DNA of 64,000 nt from an uncultured Clostridia bacterium (GCA_944386445.1 CALXBD010000093.1:36235-100234); one strand, 5' to 3'; positions 17,661-27,302 are shown, counted from the stretch's first letter. The notes: a model not told the origin generated them from the sequence alone. Numbers and translations are program-made.

Positions 17661-19388
17661 ATGAATGATCAGAACCTTGAGCAGCGTATCCGGGATGCCG
17701 TGGAACATGCCACGCCGGATAAACTGCAGCAGATCCTCTCTTCCTGCGACCAGCAGAAAGGACCTGTGATTACAATGACAAATCCTAAAAAAAGAAACTG
17801 GACTGCCCCCTTGATCGCTGTCACCGCCTCCCTGGTTCTCGTAATGGGCGGCGTCTTCGGATACGGCTGGCATACTGTCCGCGCAGTTGATTCCCGAATT
17901 ACCCTGGATGTAAATCCCAGCATTTCCATTACCGTCAATTCCAAAGAGAGAGTTTTGAATGTAGACGCTTTGAATGATGACGCGGCTGCCATCATTGGCA
18001 ATATGGATCTGAAGGGGACTCAGCTGGAAGTCGCTGTCAACGCTTTGATCGGATCTATGATGCAAAACGGGTACCTAGATGAGCTTCAAAATTCCATTTT
18101 GGTTTCCGTGGAAAACAGCGACAATGCCAAAGCCCTGGCGCTGCAGCAAAAGGTCACCGATGCAATCAATGCGCCTTTTGCCGCCACAGGTCTGGAACCG
18201 GCTGTCTTAAGCCAAAGTGTTACAGATGACGCCGAATTGGAAAAGCTGGCTTCCCAAAATGGAATTTCCACCGGGAAAGCCGCTCTGATCCAGACCATTA
18301 TGGCACTGGATCCCACTCTGACTGCTGAAAATCTCTCTGCCCTGACAGTCAACGATCTTTCCGTGATCCTGAACTCCCGGCAGAGCGACAGCAATACCAT
18401 TACCCAGACAGGTACTGCCAGCTCAAAAGCATATATTACTCAGGATGAGGCCAAAGCCGCTGCTTTCGCGCATGCCGGTGTCCAGGCTTCCCAGGTTTCC
18501 AGGTGTGACATTGAATTTGATAGTGAAGACGGCGCAATGGTCTATGAGTTGGAATTCTTTGTGGGAAATACCGAGTATGAATACGACATCGATGCCCGAA
18601 CCGCAGACGTTGTGAAATTTTCCAAGGAAAATCGTGGCTCTGCTGCTTCTTCCGGCAGTAATTCTTCTTCCGGCAATACGACTTCTACCGATAGTGTTGG
18701 TATTACAGAAGCCCGTGCCAAGGAGATCGCCTTTACCCATGCGGGCGTGAAAGAAGCGGATGTCTCCAATCTAAAGATCAAATTGGACTACGGCTGGTAT
18801 TACACTAAATACGAACTGGAATTCTTCGTGGGAACTAAGGAATATGATTATGAAATCGATGCCAATTCCGGGAAAGTTTTGGAATACAGCGTGGAAGGAA
18901 ATTCTGCCCAAACCAGCGGAAACTCCAATGCTGGTTCCGCCACTGTTTCTGAAGCCAAAGCAAAGGAAATCGCTTTTGCGCATGCAGGCGTAACAGAAGC
19001 AGACGTTTCCGGTATCAAAATTGAGCTGGACAAAGGTTGGTACCATACTAAATATGAACTCGAGTTCTACGCTGATGGCAAAGAGTTTGATTATGAAATA
19101 GATGCTGTATCCGGCGATGTCCTGGAGTACAGCACTGAAGGAGGCGTTCCTTCCGGCGGAAACACTAATTCCAACGGTTCCGGCCAGATCACCGCAGACG
19201 AAGCAAAAGCAATTGCGTTTAATTATGCCGGCGTAACTGAAAGCGATATCTCCAAATTGAAAGTCGAATTGGATGATGACGATCACCGTTATGTCTACGA
19301 AATCGAGTTTAATTTGGGAAGGCAGGAATTCAGTTGTACGATCCTTGCCTCGGATGGCACTGTTCTGGAGGCAGAATGGGATGACTAA
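17661..19388 (+). CDS. Membrane-anchored anti-sigma factor candidate with four C-terminal PepSY-like repeats
   Basis: Starts 1 nt after the sigma gene stop. One TM helix (LIAVTASLVLVMGGVFGYGW). Four repeats of the pattern AKxIAFxHAGV..DVS..KIELD...YELEF.....EYDYEIDA.SG.VLEYS. Confidence 0.75.
   Translation: MNDQNLEQRIRDAVEHATPDKLQQILSSCDQQKGPVITMTNPKKRNWTAPLIAVTASLVLVMGGVFGYGWHTVRAVDSRITLDVNPSISITVNSKERVLNVDALNDDAAAIIGNMDLKGTQLEVAVNALIGSMMQNGYLDELQNSILVSVENSDNAKALALQQKVTDAINAPFAATGLEPAVLSQSVTDDAELEKLASQNGISTGKAALIQTIMALDPTLTAENLSALTVNDLSVILNSRQSDSNTITQTGTASSKAYITQDEAKAAAFAHAGVQASQVSRCDIEFDSEDGAMVYELEFFVGNTEYEYDIDARTADVVKFSKENRGSAASSGSNSSSGNTTSTDSVGITEARAKEIAFTHAGVKEADVSNLKIKLDYGWYYTKYELEFFVGTKEYDYEIDANSGKVLEYSVEGNSAQTSGNSNAGSATVSEAKAKEIAFAHAGVTEADVSGIKIELDKGWYHTKYELEFYADGKEFDYEIDAVSGDVLEYSTEGGVPSGGNTNSNGSGQITADEAKAIAFNYAGVTESDISKLKVELDDDDHRYVYEIEFNLGRQEFSCTILASDGTVLEAEWDD
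18426..19385 (+). repeat. Four tandem, diverged intragenic repeats (about 80 codons each) encoding PepSY-like domains
   Basis: Repeat units are visible at protein level (AKAAAFAHAGVQ.., AKEIAFTHAGVK.., AKEIAFAHAGVT.., AKAIAFNYAGVT..), separated by Ser/Gly/Asn-rich linkers. Confidence 0.8.
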
Positions 19389-19439
19389 AGAATTCCCATT
19401 CTAAAGTATTTGCTCTTCAATGAAATAACAAATTAAACG

Positions 19440-19479
19440 ATATGGCGCTGTCAGAAGTATAAATCTGACAGCGCCATAT
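19440..19479. terminator. Bidirectional terminator
   Basis: 16-bp stem, atatggcgctgtcaga-agtataaa-tctgacagcgccatat, between convergent genes. Confidence 0.75.
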
Positions 19480-19500
19480 TATATTTACAGAAATCATTGA

Positions 19501-20295
19501 TCATTGTTCTGGATCCACAAAATAGTATGGATTTTCTTCCATAATACGCCGGGCAGTTTCCCACATTCCGGCGGCATCCAACAAATAGCAATCTGCGTTC
19601 AGGACTTTACCACGGATCATGAATTTTTCAGGCAACACCTGTTCCAAACGCTCATAGCGCTGGATCCACAGGCCGCTGAAATGATGCTGATAGTGCTTGG
19701 CTTTCCGGATATCTCCGTTTCCCAAATCCAAAGTGTACTCCACCATCTCTTTGGAAAGCGGATATGGCGCTTTGGCCAGTTCCTCCACGCCATGCATGGA
19801 TGTGTTGGGCTCCATGCCGCATCCAAGCATCAACACCTTTCCCGATACCTTCGGCAACAGCGCCAATGGAGAGTGCGGTCCTACCGGAGTATAATCTAAA
19901 ATGTGTTCCCGCGTCATCTCCTCAGCCCGCTTTCCCCAAGCAGATACAGAATGAGACGGATGAACGCTGCGAATAAAGTCCGGCTGTGTGCGGGCATACT
20001 CGGGCAAAGCGCCGACGCAGCAGCGGGAATCTTTCATAGAAAAATAGTACGGAGGTTTCGTACAGACATCAAAGGTAAACGCGGGGAAAAGTAAAGTTCC
20101 CTCTTCTCCCACTGCCTCCTTCATGGCCGCAAGAACCGTTTCACAGTCTCCCTCTACCGGCCCAAGAGAGCGCATGGAAGAATGCGTAAAAATGATATTC
20201 CCTTTCTGCAGCCCTAATTTGTGCAGGTCGCATATCAGCTGTTCCAAATTGTCTTTTTGTTTCACAGTATACCCACCTCCGCAATTTTTCTTCAT
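19501..20295 (-). CDS. Aminoglycoside N(3)-acetyltransferase family protein (AAC(3)/Antibiotic_NAT fold)
   Basis: Family motifs FTHSSMRSLGPVEG, LLFPAFTF, VHPSHSVSAWG and LGCGMEPNTSMHGVEE. I chose ATG 20295 (264 aa). The longest ORF adds 50 non-homologous residues. Confidence 0.78.
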   Translation of the reverse strand: MKKNCGGGYTVKQKDNLEQLICDLHKLGLQKGNIIFTHSSMRSLGPVEGDCETVLAAMKEAVGEEGTLLFPAFTFDVCTKPPYYFSMKDSRCCVGALPEYARTQPDFIRSVHPSHSVSAWGKRAEEMTREHILDYTPVGPHSPLALLPKVSGKVLMLGCGMEPNTSMHGVEELAKAPYPLSKEMVEYTLDLGNGDIRKAKHYQHHFSGLWIQRYERLEQVLPEKFMIRGKVLNADCYLLDAAGMWETARRIMEENPYYFVDPEQ

Positions 20296-20458
20296 TGTAG
20301 CATGTCCGCCCCATGATTTCCAGCGCTTTTCTGGATTTGTGGCAAAAACGCAGTTTTGGATAACCATGTTCCAAGATTTTGGCGCGTTTTTTTGTGGGGA
20401 AAGGATTATCATGTAGTTGTCCGAATCAAACGGAATTTTTTCCATAGGAGGGGATTTT

Positions 20459-21319
20459 ATGTCTGAACTACTGAAAATTGGCTTTATCGACTATTTTCTG
20501 GATGAGTGGCATGCCAATAATTATCCGGAATTTATCCGTAAAGCTGCTGGCGATAAAATGGCGGCTGTTTATGCGTATGGCCATATCGACTCTCCCAGAA
20601 ACGGCGGCAGAACTACAGAGCAATGGTGCGCGGATATGGGATTGGAACGCTGCATGACTATCGATGAGGTCATTGAAAAAAGCGATTGTCTGATCGTCCT
20701 TTCTCCCGATAACCCGGAAATGCACTGGGAATTGTGCCAAAAACCGCTTCGCTCCGGGAAACGGGTCTATGTGGACAAAACCTTTGCGCCTACCCTTCAG
20801 ATTGCAAAGGACCTCTTTGCGCTGGCTGAAGAATATCATACACCGACTTATTCTTCTTCCGCGTTGCGTTATGCCAAAGAACTGGCTGGGCTGCCTGAAA
20901 AGGAAGTGGCCTTTATCGATTCTTATGGCCCCGGCGTAACGGAAAATTATCTCGTCCATCAGTTTGAACCTCTTGCCCTTGTCATGAATGCTCCGGCAGA
21001 AAAGGTTTTGTATACTTCTGCCGGCAATGTGGCAAATTTCCTGATTACTTATCAGGGCGGAAAAGCCGCATCTACCAGTCTGTTTGGATGGAACGGACCT
21101 ACCCCGTCTACGATGACAGTGCGTTATATGGATGGTTCTATGGCTGCAATTCCTGAACTGACAGAGTATTTTGACCGATTTGTTCAGAATATGTGCCACT
21201 TCTTTGAAACTGGCGAAGGTATGGTGGATAAGGCACAGACCCTCTCCATTATGGCCCTAATCGAAGCTGCCCACAAGGCCGAAGAAAAACCCGGAGAATG
21301 GGTAAAGGTGGAGAATTAA
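20459..21319 (+). CDS. Gfo/Idh/MocA-like oxidoreductase-fold protein without a canonical GxGxxG
   Basis: The N-terminus KIGFIDYFLDEWHANNYPEFI replaces the usual Rossmann glycine motif. SD AGGAGG precedes ATG 20459. Functional assignment is weak. Confidence 0.5.
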   Translation: MSELLKIGFIDYFLDEWHANNYPEFIRKAAGDKMAAVYAYGHIDSPRNGGRTTEQWCADMGLERCMTIDEVIEKSDCLIVLSPDNPEMHWELCQKPLRSGKRVYVDKTFAPTLQIAKDLFALAEEYHTPTYSSSALRYAKELAGLPEKEVAFIDSYGPGVTENYLVHQFEPLALVMNAPAEKVLYTSAGNVANFLITYQGGKAASTSLFGWNGPTPSTMTVRYMDGSMAAIPELTEYFDRFVQNMCHFFETGEGMVDKAQTLSIMALIEAAHKAEEKPGEWVKVEN

Positions 21320-21403
21320 CGTTTATTTTTGCAAAAAGCGAAAAATTTCTGCGTTGTTTTTTATTCCCCCATTCGTTATAATGAAAAAGGGAACGGGGGA
21401 ATC

Positions 21404-22330
21404 ATGATGCACGATGCTGAGCGATTTGGAAAAGTTTACCATTTTGATAACGTAATGCCTATTCCAAAACGATATGGCTTTATTCGATTGTATCAAATCG
21501 GAGAGCTCCAATGCGGAGTCGGATATGAGGTGTCTCAACACACCCAGTATTGTCCGGAAATCAGTTATATTGTTTCAGGAAGCGGTACATTTGGATGTAA
21601 TGGAGACTTTTTCTCAGTGGGAGAAGGCGATATCTTTCTGAATCGAATAGGTGATACCCATTTGATTCGGTCAGACCCGCAGGAAAATTTACGATTTCTA
21701 TATCTGGGGTTTCTGTTGGATGAGCGCTTGGATGGCGACTATAAAACTTTAAGTCAGTTTTTTGAGAATCCAGGGGCGGTCCGGCTGCGGAAAGATCGGT
21801 GCGATATGTTGACGCCTTTGCTTCGATTGATGACAGAGTTTTATACTGGCGGCGGTTGTTCACAACTGGCCATCGAAAGCCTGTTGAACGAAGTATTGGT
21901 ATTAACTTATCGAAACTTTTGTGAAGCGCCTCCTAAGGCATTCCTGCCTCCTAAGGCAGCGGACACCGCAGGAAATACTGTTTACAGTGCGATCCGATAT
22001 ATTGAAAGCAACGCGATGGATATTAGCGAGGTAAGGGAAATCGCCAACGCTTTGGGATATTCCGGAAGTTACCTTTCCCATCTATTTCGGGAACGGACAG
22101 GTGAAACATTGCAGAATTATCTGACGAAGAAAAAGGTGGAAGCCGGCATCGAACTGATGAAAAACGGCCGTTACAACGTAACGCAGATTGCAATGCGGTT
22201 GGGGTATGATACGCTTCAATCCTTCAGCAAGGCCTTTCGCAGGGTGATGAACGTTGCGCCGACAGAGTATCTTCGCCAGCTTCGTGAAAGCGAAATTTCA
22301 AACCAGGATACCGGCGGGGAAGCCCGCTGA
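21404..22330 (+). CDS. AraC family transcriptional regulator (cupin sensor + HTH)
   Basis: C-terminal double HTH (LGYSGSYLSHLFRERTGETLQNYL ... VTQIAMRLGYDTLQSFSKAFRRVMNVAPTEY). Confidence 0.85.
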   Translation: MMHDAERFGKVYHFDNVMPIPKRYGFIRLYQIGELQCGVGYEVSQHTQYCPEISYIVSGSGTFGCNGDFFSVGEGDIFLNRIGDTHLIRSDPQENLRFLYLGFLLDERLDGDYKTLSQFFENPGAVRLRKDRCDMLTPLLRLMTEFYTGGGCSQLAIESLLNEVLVLTYRNFCEAPPKAFLPPKAADTAGNTVYSAIRYIESNAMDISEVREIANALGYSGSYLSHLFRERTGETLQNYLTKKKVEAGIELMKNGRYNVTQIAMRLGYDTLQSFSKAFRRVMNVAPTEYLRQLRESEISNQDTGGEAR

Positions 22331-22363
22331 ATCATACTGACTGATGTTTAGGAGGTTTTAACA

Positions 22364-23422
22364 ATGAGCAAGGTAAAAGTTGCAGTCATTGGCTGCGGAA
22401 CCATTGCTAACAGTGCACACATCCCATCCTACATGAACAACCCCGATGCGGAAATCAAATATTTCTGCGATATCATCCCTGAGCGGGCAACGGCTGCGGT
22501 TGAAAAGTATGGCTGCGGAACCGCCATTGAGGATTACCATGTAGCCCTCAACGATCCTGAAATCGAAGCGATTTCTGTCTGCACTCCCAACCGGATGCAC
22601 TCTATAATTGCCATCGATGCCTTACGGGCCGGCAAGAACGTACTTTGCGAAAAACCCGCTGCCCGGACTTATGCGGAAGCTCTGGAAATGCAGAAGGTTC
22701 AGCATGAAACCGGTAAGGTTTTGAACATCGGCGTCGTCAACCGCTTTAACGACGGCGTGAATGTAATTAAAAGAATCATCGACAGCGGCGAACTGGGCGA
22801 GGTCTATCATGTTTATGCCAGCTTCCGCGCATTCCGTTCTATCCCCGGCTTGGGCGGCGACTTCACCACTAAGGCTGTGGCCGGCGGCGGCGCTCTGATC
22901 GACTGGGGCGTCCATTATCTGGACATCGTCATGTACTGCTGCGGAGACCCCACCCCCAAGACTGTTTCCGGCGAGACCTTCTGCAAGCTGGGCAAAAACA
23001 TGAAAGAATATGTCTACACCGGCATGTGGGCTGGCCCCCCAAAATACAACGGCACCTATGACGTCGACGACTCCGTCACTGCTCTGGTGCGCACTGCCGG
23101 ACCGGTTATCACTGTTCACGGCGCGTGGGCTCAGAACATCGACGAAAACGAAGCTTACATCGACTTTATGGGCGACAAGGGCGGTATCCGTCTCCAGTAT
23201 GGCAAAGACTTTACAATGTACACTTCAAAGAATGGCGCGTTGTTTACCTCTACACCCAAATATACTTCCCGCAACCATTTCCAGACTGAAATTGATTCCT
23301 TTGTCCGCTGCGTCCGCTCCGGTGAAAAGCTGCCTTCTCATATCGATTACGCAGTTGTCACCTCCAAGATCATGCAGGGCATCTACGATTCTGCTGAACA
23401 GCATCGCGAAGTTGTATTTTAA
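22364..23422 (+). CDS. Gfo/Idh/MocA family NAD(P)-dependent oxidoreductase
   Basis: Rossmann N-terminus KVAVIGCGTIANSAHIPSY and EKP motif (VLCEKPAA). SD AGGAGG. Confidence 0.9.
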   Translation: MSKVKVAVIGCGTIANSAHIPSYMNNPDAEIKYFCDIIPERATAAVEKYGCGTAIEDYHVALNDPEIEAISVCTPNRMHSIIAIDALRAGKNVLCEKPAARTYAEALEMQKVQHETGKVLNIGVVNRFNDGVNVIKRIIDSGELGEVYHVYASFRAFRSIPGLGGDFTTKAVAGGGALIDWGVHYLDIVMYCCGDPTPKTVSGETFCKLGKNMKEYVYTGMWAGPPKYNGTYDVDDSVTALVRTAGPVITVHGAWAQNIDENEAYIDFMGDKGGIRLQYGKDFTMYTSKNGALFTSTPKYTSRNHFQTEIDSFVRCVRSGEKLPSHIDYAVVTSKIMQGIYDSAEQHREVVF

Positions 23423-23442
23423 GATTGGCTGTGATTTAAAGG

Positions 23443-23477
23443 CCTCCGGCGCGTTTCCAGCGTGCCGGAGGTTTTTG
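23443..23477 (+). terminator. Intrinsic terminator after the oxidoreductase gene (may also serve the convergent mini-ORF)
   Basis: cctccggcgcg-tttccag-cgtgccggagg followed by TTTTT. Confidence 0.7.
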
Positions 23478-23490
23478 TTGCTTATACACA

Positions 23491-23622
23491 TTACGTACCG
23501 TAGCCAGAAGATTGTTTGATTTCTTCCGCCTGGATTCCACAATCGGCACAAATGCCTGCATCCCAAGGGACCTCCTTCCCGCAGTATTTGCAAAATTCTT
23601 AATGTTCCGCTGTTTCAGACAT
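23491..23622 (-). pseudogene. Zinc-ribbon mini-protein ORF interrupted by an in-frame TAA at codon 8
   Basis: Minus-strand reading gives MSETAEH*EFCKYCGKEVPWDAGICADCGIQAEEIKQSSGYGT*. Strong SD AAAGGAGGG precedes ATG 23622. The TAA is at 23601-23599. CxxC-N10-CxxC is a zinc-ribbon pattern. There is no in-frame start after the stop. Confidence 0.45.
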
Positions 23623-23714
23623 ATTATCACCCTCCTTTTTGATATTCAATGAATGTCAAAAAGGAGGATTTACTGGAAGAAATGGTCCAGTAGCTTCAAA
23701 AAATTCCATAAATA

Positions 23715-23757
23715 CATTACAAAAGCCGGCCAAGGTATTGCACCCTTAGCCGGCTTT
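23715..23757 (-). terminator. Intrinsic terminator after the ABC exporter pair
   Basis: On the minus strand: aaagccggctaagg-gtgcaata-ccttggccggcttt followed by TGTAATGTATTT. Confidence 0.7.
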
Positions 23758-23769
23758 CCGTTATATGAA

Positions 23770-25557
23770 TTACAACTGTCCCAGGTTTCCCGTCCGCTGA
23801 GCGGTATAAAGCTTATAATAATCGCCTTTTTTCGCAATCAGCTCATCGTGGGAACCGCATTCGGAAATTCCCTTGTTGGAAACATACATGATCTTATCGC
23901 AATTCTTGATGGTAGAGAGCCGGTGCGCAATGATAAAGGAAGTCCTTCCCTTCAGCAACTCGTTCAGGGCGGTCTGAGCCATCCGTTCCGTTTTGGCGTC
24001 AATAGAAGAGGTCGCCTCATCCAAAATCAGGATCTTTGGATCAGCCAACAGCGTTCTCGCAAAGGAAATCAGCTGTCTTTGGCCTTGCGACAACCGGGAA
24101 CCACGTTCATTGACTTCTGTCAGATAACCTTTTTCCATCTCCTGAATAAATTCATCTGCGCATACGGTCCGGCAGGCCCTACGAACCTCTTCATCGGTTG
24201 CATCCAGCTTTGCATACTTGATGTTATCCAGTACCGTTCCTGAGAAGATGAAGCTGTCCTGCAGCATGATCCCCATCTGGGACCGCAGGGAGTGAAGCGT
24301 GACTTTAGAAATATCATGCCCATCGATCAGGATCCGGCCACCGGTCAGATCGTAAAAACGGGAAATCAGGTTGACAATCGTCGATTTGCCCGCGCCGGTA
24401 GGACCTACCAGTGCAATACTTTCGCCCGGCTTTACATCAAAGGACACATGTTCCAAAACATTACGGGGCGGTTCATACGCAAAGGTCACATCCTCAAAAG
24501 TAACACGGCCTTCAATCTTAGGAAGCTCGGTTGCGTCTGGGGCATTATCGATATCCACCGGCTCATCGATCATCTCGAAAATCCGTTCCAGATAGGCAAT
24601 GCCGTTGATAAAGGTATTGTACAGGTTGGAAAGATTCAACAGCGGCTGCCAAAACCGCCATGCGTAGTTGGAAACAGCAGCGATGGTACCAAACGATACT
24701 GCAGGCTGCATTACCAGAACGCCCACGATATACATAGCGCTGACGACCCAGGTAGTAACGTTGTCTACTGTGATCCACACGCAGTTTGAAATCCGCTGGG
24801 CCTTATTCCAGAGATTGAAGTAAGCCATATTCAGCTTATCAAAAATTTCTGCGTTCTGCTCTTCTCTGGTAAACAGCTGGGTAATTTTCACACCGTCCAG
24901 GCTTTCCTGGAGGTAAGCGTTCATATTAGAGCCCTTGTTGGACACCTTTTGCCAGACTCGGCGCTGTGCAGGCTTGATAATCATAATCACCAACAGGAAG
25001 ACCGGAACACCTGCCAGAATAATCAGTGACAGCTCCACGTTCACAAAGAACATGAAGATGGCAATGAAAATCAGGTTAAAAATGTCCATGATAAAGTTGA
25101 TGATACCGTTCGACAGCATATCCGAAACATTGTTGACGTAATGGATAACACGGGTCAAAATTTTCCCGTGAGGCCGGCTGTCATAAAATGAGAAAGGCAG
25201 CTTTTGCAGATGGTCGAAAAGGTCCTTCCGCATGTCATAGATGATATCCTGCCCGACGCGGGTCATGATTCTGGAACGGATCGTCGTCATAGCAATGCTC
25301 AACAGAATCGTCAGCACGGTTACGACTGTCAAAATCGCCAGCTGGGCATAATCCTTCGAAGGGATGACCACGTCAAAGGCACGCTGCAGGATCAGCGGAT
25401 AGACCATGGAGGACAGCGCAGACACCATACTGGCGGACATCGCCAGGATCATCTTTTTGGTATGGCGTTTGGCATAAACAACCGCACGCTTGAAGTGCTT
25501 AAAACTAAATGGAGTTTCAAGGGTTTCATCGACGTCATATTTATTCCGTACAGCCAT
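23770..25557 (-). CDS. ABC exporter, fused permease/ATPase subunit (type I exporter, heterodimer partner B)
   Basis: Six-TM domain, then Walker A GPTGAGKST, signature LSQGQRQL and Walker B ILILDEATS. Its ATG overlaps the upstream gene's TAA by 1 nt (TAATG). Confidence 0.93.
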   Translation of the reverse strand: MAVRNKYDVDETLETPFSFKHFKRAVVYAKRHTKKMILAMSASMVSALSSMVYPLILQRAFDVVIPSKDYAQLAILTVVTVLTILLSIAMTTIRSRIMTRVGQDIIYDMRKDLFDHLQKLPFSFYDSRPHGKILTRVIHYVNNVSDMLSNGIINFIMDIFNLIFIAIFMFFVNVELSLIILAGVPVFLLVIMIIKPAQRRVWQKVSNKGSNMNAYLQESLDGVKITQLFTREEQNAEIFDKLNMAYFNLWNKAQRISNCVWITVDNVTTWVVSAMYIVGVLVMQPAVSFGTIAAVSNYAWRFWQPLLNLSNLYNTFINGIAYLERIFEMIDEPVDIDNAPDATELPKIEGRVTFEDVTFAYEPPRNVLEHVSFDVKPGESIALVGPTGAGKSTIVNLISRFYDLTGGRILIDGHDISKVTLHSLRSQMGIMLQDSFIFSGTVLDNIKYAKLDATDEEVRRACRTVCADEFIQEMEKGYLTEVNERGSRLSQGQRQLISFARTLLADPKILILDEATSSIDAKTERMAQTALNELLKGRTSFIIAHRLSTIKNCDKIMYVSNKGISECGSHDELIAKKGDYYKLYTAQRTGNLGQL

Positions 25558-27302
25558 TAGTCCTCACCTCCGATCGCTTCCTGGAGGGTGCAGATTTCGG
25601 TATAGTATCCACCCTGCTTTACTAATTCATCGTGGGTACCCACCTCGGAGATCTCCCCGTCCTTGAGTACGACGATCCAGTCGGCACGACGGGTCGTGGA
25701 AATTCTCTGCGCAACGATGATCTTTGTACACGGGAAATCCAAATGGCTCAGGCTTTCTTGGATAAAATGTTCCGTTTCCATGTCCACAGCGGAGGTTGTG
25801 TCGTCCAGAATCAGGATCGAAGGCCTAACAGCCAACGCTCTGGCCAGAGCGATTCTCTGTTTCTGGCCGCCGGAAAGTCCCACGCCTCTTTCGCCGATGA
25901 TGGTATCATATCCATTTTCCATCTTATCGATGAAATCTGCGGCAGAAATTTCCGCATAATGCCGTGTCTGCTCCTCACTCATGGTAGAATCCCCATAAGC
26001 AATATTGCCGTCCACGGTATCTGAGAACAGGAAGACATCCTGTGTCGCCATGCCGATATTATGACGCAGCGTATGAAGATCCCACTCTTTGATCGGCAAG
26101 CCATCGATCTTCAGTGTTCCCGAAGTGATGTCATAAAGCCGGGGGATCAGGTTCATCAGCAGCGTTTTACCGGAGCCGGTATTTCCCATGACTGCCACAG
26201 TTTCACCGGGGCGAATATGAAGATTGATATGCTTCAACAGTTGGTGCCCTGCCAAGCTCAGGCAGACATCCTCAAACTGGATATCACCTTTCATACGCTC
26301 GTCGGTTTTGCGGCAGCCGAACCGGTTTACGATGGTCGGGCGAGTATAATAAAGCTCGATCACCTTGGAAGCACTGGTCATAAATCTCTGGGCGTCGTTG
26401 AGCAGCGGTCCCAAGTTGCGGATGGGGTTTGCAAAGGTGAATACCAACCCGGAGAATGCCATCAACTGGCCGACCGTAATCCGTCCGTTGATGACGAACA
26501 GGCTTCCGAGACACAGTACAACAATCGACATTGCCTGCGCCGCCATTTCGATTGCCGGATAGTATTTGAGCCAGAAGAAGTTTACTGCCACACTGGCGTC
26601 GTGATAGCCCTGGTTCTTCTTGTCAAAAAGGCTGATTTCATAATCTTCCTTTGCGAATGCCTTTACCACACGGTTACCCGCAATATTCTCCTGTGCGCGG
26701 GAGTTCATCACTGACAAGCGCTCCCGTTGTTCCGCATAATAAGGGCGCACCTTGCGGGAATAGGTGTATGTAATTCCAAAAAGCACCGGGAAAATACAGC
26801 ATAAGATCAAGGTAAAGATCACATCTGTACTCAAAAAGTAAATCAGGATCGCGATAAACGACACCAGTGAGTCAATGGAGATACGCACCGAATAAGCCGT
26901 TACATATCGCACGACATCGATATCGCCGGTCAGGCGTGTCATCAAGTCGCCGGTACGGTTGCGGTCGAAAAAGCTCATATCCTGCCGCTGCATATTGCGA
27001 TAGATGTAGCTGCGGATATGAGTAGCCACCAGGATACCGGCTTTTTCGAAGGTTATCACCATCAAATAACCAATACCCGTTCTCAGAAGCGTAAATCCGA
27101 TCATCAGTATGACCAAAGGGATCAGCGCACTGATTTCAGGATCCACGCCCTCCGGCGGCATCAGCACCCGGTCTACGATTTGCTGCGAAATCATAGGGTT
27201 GGCCAGATTCATCAGGGATGTTACGACGACTAAGCACATTGCCAGGACATATCTGCCCCGGTATCCTTTGAGGTTTTCCCAAACCCACTTCAAAGGAAAC
27301 AT
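25557..27302 (-). CDS. ABC exporter, fused permease/ATPase subunit (heterodimer partner A)
   Basis: TM domain, then Walker A GNTGSGKT, signature LSGGQKQR and Walker B ILILDDTTS. ATG 27302 (MFPLKWVW) follows AGGCGGTG. Confidence 0.93.
   Translation of the reverse strand: MFPLKWVWENLKGYRGRYVLAMCLVVVTSLMNLANPMISQQIVDRVLMPPEGVDPEISALIPLVILMIGFTLLRTGIGYLMVITFEKAGILVATHIRSYIYRNMQRQDMSFFDRNRTGDLMTRLTGDIDVVRYVTAYSVRISIDSLVSFIAILIYFLSTDVIFTLILCCIFPVLFGITYTYSRKVRPYYAEQRERLSVMNSRAQENIAGNRVVKAFAKEDYEISLFDKKNQGYHDASVAVNFFWLKYYPAIEMAAQAMSIVVLCLGSLFVINGRITVGQLMAFSGLVFTFANPIRNLGPLLNDAQRFMTSASKVIELYYTRPTIVNRFGCRKTDERMKGDIQFEDVCLSLAGHQLLKHINLHIRPGETVAVMGNTGSGKTLLMNLIPRLYDITSGTLKIDGLPIKEWDLHTLRHNIGMATQDVFLFSDTVDGNIAYGDSTMSEEQTRHYAEISAADFIDKMENGYDTIIGERGVGLSGGQKQRIALARALAVRPSILILDDTTSAVDMETEHFIQESLSHLDFPCTKIIVAQRISTTRRADWIVVLKDGEISEVGTHDELVKQGGYYTEICTLQEAIGGED

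Noticed and set aside
18426-19385. A periodic repeat of about 240 nt that might suggest a CRISPR, satellite or mobile repeat.
   Set aside because: The repeats are in frame inside one long ORF and encode PepSY-like domain copies with diverged linkers. There are no short identical direct repeats with unique spacers.
23436-23630. 64-aa ORF from the track (MIICLKQRNIKNF...), and the 122-aa ORF at 23225-23593 on the minus strand.
   Set aside because: Neither has a convincing SD, both have odd composition, and the 122-aa ORF overlaps the end of the oxidoreductase gene. The SD at 23631-23639 drives a different frame, the interrupted zinc-ribbon reading reported above.
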